Assembly: GCA_043797085.1 (NCBI GenBank)
Contig: JAZDQA010000014.1
Location: forward strand, 105,235 to 169,234
DNA: 64,000 nucleotides
Source of the DNA: Pseudomonadota bacterium
Lineage (GTDB): Bacteria; Campylobacterota; Campylobacteria; Campylobacterales; Sulfurimonadaceae
Reading direction: 5' to 3'
Position 1 is the first letter of the stretch, and the number at the start of each line of letters is the position of its first letter. Made by a program: the position numbers and the translations under genes. The notes under the pieces are model-generated. The model saw nothing but the letters and a program-made list of their open reading frames with translations, had not been told where the DNA came from and did not search any database. Of this stretch, positions 31,640 through 40,502 are shown one piece after another.

Positions 31640-32807
31640 ATTCTCTCTCTTTCAGCGCATTGCTTATTTTTCCCAAAGCATTCTCCAAAATATCCGATGC
31701 AACGGCGAAATTAAGCCTCATAAAACCTGATCCTTCACGACCGAAACTTAACCCTGCACTCAATCCAAGAGCGCACTTCTGGATAAAAAACTCTCGTAAT
31801 TCACGATCTCCCAATCCTAAAGCACGACAATCCAGCCATGCGAGATACGTACCTTGCGGAGAGAATAGTTTAATCGCAGGCGAATGATCCGCCCACTCTA
31901 TCATTTTTTCTCGATTGCTTTGCAAATGCGAAATAAGCTCTTTATGCCACACATCCCCATGAGTGTAGGCAGCTTCAAACGCTACGTGCGATAACACGGC
32001 TCCATCCCCGAAATGGACTCTCTTACGCTCTTCATTATAAAGCTCACGCAATTTTTCCGAAGCGATGCAAACACTCGAAATCCCAAATCCTGCCATATTA
32101 AACGTTTTACCTGTCCCTAAAAGGGTCACAGTACCTTCGCGTAATTCATCACTCAGTGACGCAATCGGAATATGTTTATTTCCCTCAAATACAATATCAC
32201 AATGAACCTCATCACTTACGATAATAATACCATGATCAAGACATAAAGCCCCCAACGCTAACAATTCATCCTTTCTCCACACACGACCTACGGGATTATG
32301 AGGAGAACACAGCATCAGTATTTTGGTTTTTTCCGTAATTTGGGTTCGTAATATTTCAATATCAAAAAAATACTCACCCTTTTCATCTCTTTGGAGAGAG
32401 TGCAAAATAAGATGACGATTATTCTCTTTAACCATCGAAAAAAAGGGGGGATAAACAGGACTCATCACAAGGACTTCATCCCCCTCCTCGCTAAATGCTC
32501 GTATAGCACACCCCATCGAGGCTACCACCGAGGGGGAATAACTCAACCATTCACGCTTAATATCCCATCCATGATGATGCTTCATCCAACTACATTGCGC
32601 CTCATACGCCTCATCACGAATGATTTCATACCCTATTATAGGATGATTTAATCGCTCTTTTACCGCATCTAAGACACAATTAGGAGTTGCAATATCCATA
32701 TCCGCCACCCACATCGGCTGAACATTATCGGTGCCGAAAAGCTTTTGTCGCAACGTATACTTTTCAGCATTGGATTCACTTCGATCAATAAAATATAACT
32801 CATCCAT
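31632..32807 (-). CDS. patB: PatB/MalY-family PLP-dependent C-S lyase
   Basis: PMWVADMD, LCSPHNPVGRVW, SDEVH, GKTFNMAG, TYLAWLD. Confidence 0.9.
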   Translation of the reverse strand: MDELYFIDRSESNAEKYTLRQKLFGTDNVQPMWVADMDIATPNCVLDAVKERLNHPIIGYEIIRDEAYEAQCSWMKHHHGWDIKREWLSYSPSVVASMGCAIRAFSEEGDEVLVMSPVYPPFFSMVKENNRHLILHSLQRDEKGEYFFDIEILRTQITEKTKILMLCSPHNPVGRVWRKDELLALGALCLDHGIIIVSDEVHCDIVFEGNKHIPIASLSDELREGTVTLLGTGKTFNMAGFGISSVCIASEKLRELYNEERKRVHFGDGAVLSHVAFEAAYTHGDVWHKELISHLQSNREKMIEWADHSPAIKLFSPQGTYLAWLDCRALGLGDRELREFFIQKCALGLSAGLSFGREGSGFMRLNFAVASDILENALGKISNALKEREYD

Positions 32808-34218
32808 ACCGTTTTTTCCAAGCTTTATGCATCTGTTCTATGTAGGTATACTTTTTTGCTTCGTTTTCACCTTCACCCACTACGTATCGAAACCCTGCAT
32901 GTTGGATAAAATGGCGACGAAAGGCATAACGTGCAGAGTGCATTATCTCGTTGCCCGTAGATGCCCACGAACCGCCTTTAATCATATTGTGCTTCCCGTC
33001 AAACGTAGGCTCGGAAAAATCATCATACCATGGATGCGTTTCAAATCCTTCAAACGCATCCATCTGTGTTTGCGTCCATTGCCATACATTTCCGACCACA
33101 TCGTAAAGCTCTCCATGCGCAAACGTATCTACCGCAACGGAAGAAGCATAATGGGAAAAATTGATATTGGCACGGCTATCATCGAAAATATCCTCACTCA
33201 TTCCACCCTCTTCGACCATGACCGCCCATTCTACTTCACTGGGAAGACGATAATTTTGCCCCTCTTGGGCACTTTTCCACCGACAAAACGCTTCGGCTTC
33301 GAGAGCGTTCACCTCTACTGGCCAATTGTACGGCATATCAATCTCGCAGGCCAATGCACGGTATCTAAAACTGCCATCTGCTTGAGGAACCCAAAACGGT
33401 GGGCATGAAGCATTACGTATGCTTAAATATTTTAATCCTTCATCATCCCACCATCGTGAAATACCGTACCCGTTTGCCATGACAAAATCCATAAATTCGC
33501 CATTGCTGACCAAATAGTGTGATGCTTCAAACGCCTCTACACTGTACGCGCTATACCCATATTCGTTGTCCCAACCATACAAACCATGATCATCAGACCC
33601 TTTTCCAAGCCGTATATCTCTGGCTCCAAAATAGACTAAACTATTTTCAGGACAATCACCAAAAACAGGACAAATCGGAAATCTTACATCTTCACAGATA
33701 TACTCTAAAGGCATCTGCCGATGTAGGACACTGGAGGTTTCAATATGAATCCGCTCATGCTCAATTCCCATCCAAATTGCCCAAAACGAATCATTTTTAG
33801 TAATAGGCAACGTCATTGGTAAGCTCATAATCATCTCATCCACACACGAACGAACACGCATACGATATTCACGTACCTCATCAACACTTGGCCATCGTAA
33901 ACTTTCACTGTTTGCATCCCAAACCATCTCATCCACACCAACGGCGAATAATGCTTCAAAATGGGGATTTATTCTTTCACTTAAAGCACCCGAAGCGATC
34001 AGCTTATTAATATAAAAAATAGCCGTATGTCCAAAATAAAAGATCATCGGATGACGTGTGGGTTCCGATTGATGATAAAAGACTTCATCTGAGCGTAAAA
34101 GATCAAATAATGATTCAAAAAGATCAAAACTTTGATGAAAATATTGGCGCAACTGAGTGCGTGTATTTTCTATATTTATTCCATCAAGTCGCACTGACTT
34201 TATTTGCTTGGCTATCAC
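32800..34218 (-). CDS. ovoA: 5-histidylcysteine sulfoxide synthase (OvoA-type; DinB plus FGE-sulfatase domains), no C-terminal methyltransferase
   Basis: RHPMIFYFGHT, GVDEM, HERIHIETSSVL, GNVWQW, RYAFRRHFIQHAGFR; only 472 aa. Confidence 0.85.
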   Translation of the reverse strand: MIAKQIKSVRLDGINIENTRTQLRQYFHQSFDLFESLFDLLRSDEVFYHQSEPTRHPMIFYFGHTAIFYINKLIASGALSERINPHFEALFAVGVDEMVWDANSESLRWPSVDEVREYRMRVRSCVDEMIMSLPMTLPITKNDSFWAIWMGIEHERIHIETSSVLHRQMPLEYICEDVRFPICPVFGDCPENSLVYFGARDIRLGKGSDDHGLYGWDNEYGYSAYSVEAFEASHYLVSNGEFMDFVMANGYGISRWWDDEGLKYLSIRNASCPPFWVPQADGSFRYRALACEIDMPYNWPVEVNALEAEAFCRWKSAQEGQNYRLPSEVEWAVMVEEGGMSEDIFDDSRANINFSHYASSVAVDTFAHGELYDVVGNVWQWTQTQMDAFEGFETHPWYDDFSEPTFDGKHNMIKGGSWASTGNEIMHSARYAFRRHFIQHAGFRYVVGEGENEAKKYTYIEQMHKAWKKRYG

Positions 34219-34375
34219 CCGCTAATCCTCTGTATTTACTAATTTATATATTTCACTATTGTACCTTAGTGACTCTTATAGGAAAAACTTGAAAAAAAAT
34301 GAGACTAAATAATCAAAAAAATGATTATAATGACAATATCAAGATGATATAAAAAAACACCAATAGGAAATAAGA

Positions 34376-36286
34376 ATGGCATTTGAAAAAACGTTACAGG
34401 ATATGAGTATTAAGAAGCGAATGAATTACCTCGTGGGAGCAGCCACGATGTCCGTTGTTGGAGCTTCAATATTCGTCTATTTTGCCCTTAGCAGTTTAGA
34501 AAGTCAATACGATGAGCTTCAAGAAAAAACCATATCAGGAGCTATGAACGCTCTGAAAATCGAAAAAGATCTCAACTACATCAGTCGCACCAGTCGAGAT
34601 ATTATGTTGGGAGGAGATTATGACAAAAATATCGATAAACTTAAAAAGCACATCGATAAAATCAATACCGTCTTCATTGAACTGGATAAAAGTGCAAGCG
34701 AACCTGCTGAGCAACAACTTATTACAGATGCCAAAGAGAGTACATCTGCTTTTTTAGACAACACACTTACCATGATGAATTCCCTCGATGCTGCTACTAT
34801 TTCGACCAATTCTTCTACTATTTATGCAACGTACAAAAAAGAATTAACTCCTTACGCGGATGCTTCAAGAGAAAAATTTGAAAAAGTAGTTGAACTCAAA
34901 CAGGAAAAACTCAAAACTGCATCCCAAAGCCTTCATTCCCAAATTACCTTTTATAAATTTTTTGTCCTTATGACGGGGTTTGGCGTGGCGATTGTTATTT
35001 TCATTTTTGCCAGTATGATCAGCAGTTCTATCACCATCGCTATCCAAAAGTTTACACGAATTATTACCAATATCTCCGAGGGAAATTTCGCTCAAACTTC
35101 CATCAAAGCATCTCAGGAAACAGAGATGGGAATCATGGGAAATGCGTTGGAACAGCTCATCAATCAGATTCAAAATCTTATCCATCAGATTAATGCCTCT
35201 ATTTCGGGTGCGACCAAAGGAGACTTTTCACATACGCTCAATAGTGCCGGATTGCATGGGGAGTTTGTGGCTGCCATTGAAAACGTCAGTACCAGTATTG
35301 CAGTGATGCAAGCACAAGAGCAAAAGAAACGTCGAGACTCCCTAAATTCTGAATTAAGCCAACTCAACGTAAAAGTGACAGAAAGTCTCAGTGTCATCCA
35401 AGAAAATCTAAACAGTAATATCCAAGATCTAAAAGAAGTCACAAGAGCAACAACGACAGCCGCCGTTTTGGCAAATGACAGTCGAGATACCATATCCATT
35501 ATTATCAATGAACTCAATATGCTCAATGAAAAAGTAAGCAACAACAATGATGCCATCGGACATATCGCATCCCGTGCGAATGAAATCAACTCTGTCATTC
35601 AACTCATCACCGACATTGCCGACCAAACGAACCTTCTAGCTCTTAATGCTGCTATCGAAGCAGCACGGGCTGGTGAACACGGTCGAGGATTTGCCGTAGT
35701 CGCGGATGAAGTACGCAAACTTGCAGAGCGAACCCATAAAGCAACAGGAGAAATTTCAATATCGATCAACTCCCTCCAACAAAATATGTCTGAGATCCAA
35801 ACCAGCGCCGAAGAGATGAATGAAGTAGTAGCGCGTTCCAGCTCAAGTATTATCAGTTTTGAAAACACCCTCATTCAGCTTAGTGATGGCTCATCCAATA
35901 TTGTGACCTCCTCTCACAATATGGAAAACAGCTCGTTTATTATTTTGGCAAAAATTGACCATATTCTTTACAAAGCACGCGCATATAACAGCGTTATGGT
36001 CTGCGATCAAAAACTCACTCCCATGGATGCACACCAATGTCGTCTTGGAAAATGGTATGACGGTGAAGGAAAAGAGCGTTTTGGACAAATAGGGAGTTAT
36101 GAACTGATAAAAGCACCTCATGCAGTTGTTCATCAAAATGCCAACAAAAATCTAACTTTTATTGCTAAAGGTGAAGATAATATTCTCAATAACAGCAGTG
36201 AAATTATTTCAAACTTTAAAGAGATGGAAAATGCGAGTGAAAAACTTTTTGTTCTTATGGACAATGTTCTTACTGAGAGTCGGTAA
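34376..36286 (+). CDS. Methyl-accepting chemotaxis protein with periplasmic four-helix-bundle-type sensor and C-terminal CZB domain
   Basis: Two TM helices, [42 protein letters not shown]...HQCRLGKWY...HAVVH. Confidence 0.93.
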   Translation: MAFEKTLQDMSIKKRMNYLVGAATMSVVGASIFVYFALSSLESQYDELQEKTISGAMNALKIEKDLNYISRTSRDIMLGGDYDKNIDKLKKHIDKINTVFIELDKSASEPAEQQLITDAKESTSAFLDNTLTMMNSLDAATISTNSSTIYATYKKELTPYADASREKFEKVVELKQEKLKTASQSLHSQITFYKFFVLMTGFGVAIVIFIFASMISSSITIAIQKFTRIITNISEGNFAQTSIKASQETEMGIMGNALEQLINQIQNLIHQINASISGATKGDFSHTLNSAGLHGEFVAAIENVSTSIAVMQAQEQKKRRDSLNSELSQLNVKVTESLSVIQENLNSNIQDLKEVTRATTTAAVLANDSRDTISIIINELNMLNEKVSNNNDAIGHIASRANEINSVIQLITDIADQTNLLALNAAIEAARAGEHGRGFAVVADEVRKLAERTHKATGEISISINSLQQNMSEIQTSAEEMNEVVARSSSSIISFENTLIQLSDGSSNIVTSSHNMENSSFIILAKIDHILYKARAYNSVMVCDQKLTPMDAHQCRLGKWYDGEGKERFGQIGSYELIKAPHAVVHQNANKNLTFIAKGEDNILNNSSEIISNFKEMENASEKLFVLMDNVLTESR

Positions 36287-36319
36287 AGTTTAAATGAGGA
36301 AAGGACAGCTGAGTGAAGA

Positions 36320-36375
36320 TTCCACATGGTCGGAGCGACCTGACTCGAACAGGCGACCTCTACCACCCCAAGGTA
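36320..36375. repeat. att direct repeat (duplicated tRNA-Pro 3' portion)
   Basis: TTCCACATGGTCGGAGCGACCTGACTCGAACAGGCGACCTCTACCACCCCAAGGTA, identical to 41694-41749. Confidence 0.97.
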
Positions 36376-36519
36376 AAATTGTAGCCCTAAAACACGGGCT
36401 TTTCGAGCTTTAGTCACCCACAATTAGTAGATATTAGGTGATAGAAGGTGACGAATTAGGTGACACAAAAAAAATAATTAACGCTTATGCTTTATTCTTT
36501 CAACTAAGTCCAATAATCG

Positions 36520-37470
36520 TCAAAGAATACCTATTGAACGTAGCTCAAGTTGTTGTATTTCCAATAGGTATTCTTTGCTACTATTGAGGATCCTTTTGGT
36601 ATCTTGCCTAACGGTAAATTCAAACCTAGTCAGGTCATAGTCCAAATCATTCTTAGCCCTTTTGTCATAGCAACATATAGTTCTATTGCTATTGGAATCA
36701 CTTTTTTGGAAATAGACCGAGCGTTTAACATCCCCTTTTGGATAGAGCTTCAACTTATGCCCTTTTTTTCTTGTTTTATTGACTCTCCATAGATACGGTA
36801 CGATGAGGTTTTTAATAGCTGTATCAAAATCTATAGACAAATCTACATGAAAGTCATAACCCATCAATACAAGCTTATTTTCTTCTCTATCATTCGGTTC
36901 GTAATGGTGCAATATACGATTCAACAGTTCAAAGCGCACTGATCCTTTGTCATGGTCAAGCTGTGACAGTCCATAAAGTTCTAAGCTGATATAGCTAGAT
37001 CGTTGATAGTCTAAAATCCAATGCCTCACACCATCAAACTCTATAATCCAAGCACCATTCGTATACACAAAGCGTTCGAACATATCTTTTTTATTTCCGA
37101 AGGTTTTATAGAATTCTGCTAATACTTCCTTCTCATGTGAAAATGCCACCCCATCACTTTCTGTAGTAAATTTCACCTGATGAAGCGTTGCACCAACAGC
37201 ATCACACATAGCTTTTAAATTCATATGATTGCAACTGTAACACTTTCTAACCTTTGGAAAACCTATTCGTAAGGTATCGAAGCCACTAGATAAAATAGTA
37301 TAATTAAACCTCCACCCACTTTTACTCTTTGTAAGCTGTCCACGAAAAGTTTTTTGTAGTATCTTAGGCATGATTTTATCAGCCAATCGAATTAATGCAG
37401 GGCTTAATTCTTTCAATTTATCATCCTTTTTTGTTTCTAAAGTCACCTGCAAGAGGCTCTCTATGAGCAT
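36520..37470 (-). CDS. Putative Rep_trans-like rolling-circle initiator/relaxase
   Basis: YDFHVD...SVYF...ICCYDK...LTRFEFTV in the motif order of Rep_trans; inside the island. Confidence 0.55.
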   Translation of the reverse strand: MLIESLLQVTLETKKDDKLKELSPALIRLADKIMPKILQKTFRGQLTKSKSGWRFNYTILSSGFDTLRIGFPKVRKCYSCNHMNLKAMCDAVGATLHQVKFTTESDGVAFSHEKEVLAEFYKTFGNKKDMFERFVYTNGAWIIEFDGVRHWILDYQRSSYISLELYGLSQLDHDKGSVRFELLNRILHHYEPNDREENKLVLMGYDFHVDLSIDFDTAIKNLIVPYLWRVNKTRKKGHKLKLYPKGDVKRSVYFQKSDSNSNRTICCYDKRAKNDLDYDLTRFEFTVRQDTKRILNSSKEYLLEIQQLELRSIGIL

Positions 37471-37548
37471 TTCAGCATCGTCAAATATTATATAAGACTT
37501 TTGAACGTTCGTGTCTTACAAATACCTTAAAATGCTTTATACAAGGTA

Positions 37549-38106
37549 TTATGCACCATTTGAAGCAGGTAAGTGTCTATACAGTGTTGGCACAGAGATG
37601 CCAAGGCTCTTGGCAACGTCTTTAGGCGGTGTTCCAGCTTCTAATAGCTTTTTAGCAGATTCGATTTTAGTATCAGTCATTAATCTTTTTCGCCCACCTG
37701 TACGCCCAAGGCTTTTAGCAACTTCAAGTCCTGCTCTAGTTCGCTCTACAATTAGCTCTCTTTCCATCTGAGCTAAAGCACTCATCACATTAAAAAAGAA
37801 ACGTCCTGAAACTGTAGAGGTATCAATAGAATCCGTAAGACTCTTAAAATTAATTCCTTGTATGCCAAAGTCATCAATTAGGTTGATGAGGTCTTTAGTA
37901 CTTCTTCCTAGCCTATCCAACTTCCAGACTACAAGCGTATCACCTTTACGTAGCATCTCAATGGCTTTTGTCAATCCCTCTCTGACTGTTCTAGTCCCAC
38001 TAGCTTTATCTTCAAAGATTCTCTCACAACCTGCATTTGTTAAAGCTTCTAACTGCAACGTAAGGTTTTGATCTTGGGTAGAAACACGAGCGTAACCAAT
38101 TAACAT
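37549..38106 (-). CDS. Serine recombinase (Hin/Pin resolvase-invertase family)
   Basis: GYARVST, KLDRLGRS, ERELIVERT..G, C-terminal HTH (SVPTLYR). Confidence 0.96.
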   Translation of the reverse strand: MLIGYARVSTQDQNLTLQLEALTNAGCERIFEDKASGTRTVREGLTKAIEMLRKGDTLVVWKLDRLGRSTKDLINLIDDFGIQGINFKSLTDSIDTSTVSGRFFFNVMSALAQMERELIVERTRAGLEVAKSLGRTGGRKRLMTDTKIESAKKLLEAGTPPKDVAKSLGISVPTLYRHLPASNGA

Positions 38107-38121
38107 CTTAGCTCCTTTGTA

Positions 38122-38254
38122 TTCTCAAATCTCATCTTTATTATAGCAATTGATAACTTAATATTGAGAAAGGTTTATAAGAATAGATAAAGCCCTGTTT
38201 TACCTGAATAATTCTTTTGAGAATATCATTCTTACAATCGGTGGTTTATGAGAA
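38122..38254. promoter_or_regulatory. res/hix-like recombinase binding region overlapping the recombinase promoter
   Basis: TTCTTACAATCG-GT-GGTTTATGAGAA (38229-38254) resembles hixL; further TTCTCA/TGAGAA/TGATAA half-sites; minus-strand TATAAT at 38140-38145. Confidence 0.65.
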
Positions 38255-38389
38255 TAAATAGTCCACCGTGTGCCGATATATTAAAGATTTCTTTGGTATT
38301 TTTTTGTGGAGGTGGAGGTTATTAGGTTGGAAGGTTATCCTTCGGCTTTAGGGTAGCCGAAAAACTCCTGTGGAGATTATAAAACTATT

Positions 38390-39025
38390 TTATTTAAGAA
38401 GAGACAAAATTTCTCGCTCAAGCTTCCCAGTTGACACACACTCTACTACAGATCCAGTTTGTGGGAAAGATGCACTAGCAGATGAATTAAATGATATACT
38501 AGCGACACTAGTGTTTGAGATACCATTTCCAATAGTTAGAGAAGTAACTTTTTTTGCCACTATATAACGGGTATTTGCAGTTACTCGTGTCTGATTTGGA
38601 GAAATTTCTTCAAAAATCAAATTCATTCTTCCCTCAAGAGACATATTCCGTTGAATATGGAAAAGTTGCCCTCCGGTCATCATTTCATAAAACATGTGCT
38701 CTTTCGAGGCAGGGAAATCATACGTACGTTCTCCAGCACCATTTTTGACATATGAAGTAAGACGACCACAATCTATGTAGCTTTCTGGGTCACCCGTGTA
38801 GCTTATATTGATCAATCCAGATGATTTATCAAGATTATTGATAACAAAAAATTGTTTTCCAAGCTCTGGAACAGCTGAGTTCCAAACTAGTTCACGTGAT
38901 TTATCAATTATTTTTTGGTTTGATATCCCATTTTGTTTTATTGGAGGCGTATAATCCACCTTTCCTACGCATCCTGACAAAAGCAAAGCCCCTAAAATAC
39001 ATAACACTAATGAGTAGACTTTCAT
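38390..39025 (-). CDS. Lipoprotein of unknown function (island cargo)
   Basis: Lipobox LLSGC; 211 aa with two further Cys (YIDCG, VECVSTGKLE). Confidence 0.8.
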   Translation of the reverse strand: MKVYSLVLCILGALLLSGCVGKVDYTPPIKQNGISNQKIIDKSRELVWNSAVPELGKQFFVINNLDKSSGLINISYTGDPESYIDCGRLTSYVKNGAGERTYDFPASKEHMFYEMMTGGQLFHIQRNMSLEGRMNLIFEEISPNQTRVTANTRYIVAKKVTSLTIGNGISNTSVASISFNSSASASFPQTGSVVECVSTGKLEREILSLLK

Positions 39026-39033
39026 TGTAACTC

Positions 39034-39621
39034 CTAAAATTTAAATGTCAAACCGACTTGAGTAGACATACCGCCACCATTGCCGATGAGATCATTTGTA
39101 GAATATCCAGCTATGCCACCATGCCATGAGCATGTCCCTGAGCCTGTACTTTCTGAGGTTGTACCATCATTACATACGGTATAAAGCTGATCGTCAGTTA
39201 AATCAAAAAAATATTTATAACCCACACCGGCATTTAAAGCAAGCTTATCGGTAAAACTATAAGTAAGTATCATACCAACTGGAATAGATAACATCGTATT
39301 TTTATTTGAATACCACGGCACATCTAACTGACCAACACCAACTCCAAGGTCATAACCAATCCGTAGGTTTCCTTGATGAACAATATCCCCATTCAATCCA
39401 ATAGTAACATCGTAGTAATTAATATCATTTTTACTATCACTTTGAACATTTCCCTCGATATAAAAACGAGCCACATTGTCCCATGAATACCCAACTGTTC
39501 CACCGCTCATTTCAACATCAATAGCTTTGAAATTAACATTTTGAGAGGAATAATCAACATATAATTCTGAAGCCGATAAATTTAATCCTACTACTAGCAA
39601 GAGACTAGGCAAAAATTTCAT
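39034..39621 (-). CDS. Outer-membrane beta-barrel protein with a DUF3761-like insert (island cargo)
   Basis: Signal peptide, amphipathic beta-strands, C-terminal beta-signal VGLTFKF; CNDGTTSESTGSGTCSWHGG insert; ATG 39621 with AGGAGG RBS. Confidence 0.75.
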   Translation of the reverse strand: MKFLPSLLLVVGLNLSASELYVDYSSQNVNFKAIDVEMSGGTVGYSWDNVARFYIEGNVQSDSKNDINYYDVTIGLNGDIVHQGNLRIGYDLGVGVGQLDVPWYSNKNTMLSIPVGMILTYSFTDKLALNAGVGYKYFFDLTDDQLYTVCNDGTTSESTGSGTCSWHGGIAGYSTNDLIGNGGGMSTQVGLTFKF

Positions 39622-39644
39622 ATTCCTCCTTTTTAGTTGCAAAT

Positions 39645-39721
39645 AGGTAAATAATACCTTCTGTAATTTTATGATAGGGCAATATTCCCTTATTAAAACT
39701 TAAAATAGGTAATTCTTACCC
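39645..39721. promoter_or_regulatory. Three imperfect 15-bp palindromic operators at 31-bp spacing
   Basis: AGGTAAATAATACCT (39645), AGGGCAATATTCCCT (39676), AGGTAATTCTTACCC (39707). Confidence 0.7.
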
Positions 39722-39778
39722 TGTTGTTTCGTTATAAGATGTTATGTAACTTTCTACCACTTAAAAAAAGAGGTAGTT

Positions 39779-39958
39779 ATGACTCAACGAGATATGGCGG
39801 GTATTTTGGGCATAGATGTTAAGACCCTCAGAAACTGGCGCAAGGATAAGCCTGAGCTTTACAAAAAAGTTATGCAGGGCTTCCAGTTTGAAGAAGCCGT
39901 CAAAGAAGCTAAAGAGCATTATGAGAAGTTGAAGAGGCTTGCAGACAAAGACTTTTAA
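39779..39958 (+). CDS. 59-aa HTH DNA-binding protein (not in the ORF track)
   Basis: Manual translation: MTQRDMAGILGIDVKTLRNWRKDKPELYKKVMQGFQFEEAVKEAKEHYEKLKRLADKDF*; GAGG RBS. Confidence 0.8.
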   Translation: MTQRDMAGILGIDVKTLRNWRKDKPELYKKVMQGFQFEEAVKEAKEHYEKLKRLADKDF

Positions 39959-40194
39959 AACATAGCCAAATCATCTACCATAATTTACCTTAATCAAACA
40001 TTAAGCATATTTACGCTATAATGTACCCATCCTACATGATATAGTGTCGTGTTATTGCTAATCAGGCAATACCCACTTGCAACATAGACTTCTCTCTTGG
40101 ATAGACTTTGTTCTCTAGAAACAAATATCCAAACATATAAAATTAATAGCAAAACTGTTTTCACGTGAGGTACTTTATTTTAAAGGACTTCTTA

Positions 40195-40434
40195 ATGTCT
40201 AAAACACAACAACGATATGTTCGAACCAATACTGCTGCACACTATTTAGATGTGAGCAAGGACTTTCTCAAACAGCACATGGGAAATCTATTTTTTGAAG
40301 GTATTCATTACTATAAACCTCAAGATTGCCGACTAGTCTTATGGAAACTTGATGCACTTAATGAATGGGTCGAAGGCAGATTGTCTCCTCTGTCCCCTGA
40401 GAACAATTTAATACTTAATCAATTGATCGCTTAG
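40195..40434 (+). CDS. Excisionase/AlpA-like winged-helix protein
   Basis: YVRTNTAAHYLDVS...EGIHYYKP...LVLWKLDALNEW; directly upstream of the integrase; ATG 40195 with AAGGA RBS. Confidence 0.7.
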   Translation: MSKTQQRYVRTNTAAHYLDVSKDFLKQHMGNLFFEGIHYYKPQDCRLVLWKLDALNEWVEGRLSPLSPENNLILNQLIA

Positions 40435-40502
40435 TTGCTATAATCACAATCTACTAATTGTGGTTGTGGCTTTTCTCTTATAAATGAAAAGGACATAACA
40501 TT

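Noticed and set aside
32731..33408. 225-aa plus-strand ORF
   Set aside because: Antisense to ovoA with no recognisable features
32800..34218. Ovoselenol (OvsA) or ergothioneine (EgtB) assignment
   Set aside because: Motifs are OvoA-type with the Tyr retained, and no selenophosphate synthetase or EgtD gene is nearby; not fully excluded without a phylogeny
36327..36375. Second tRNA-Pro gene
   Set aside because: Only the 3' portion is present; it is the att duplication
37511..37771. 86-aa plus-strand ORF in the island
   Set aside because: Antisense shadow of the serine recombinase
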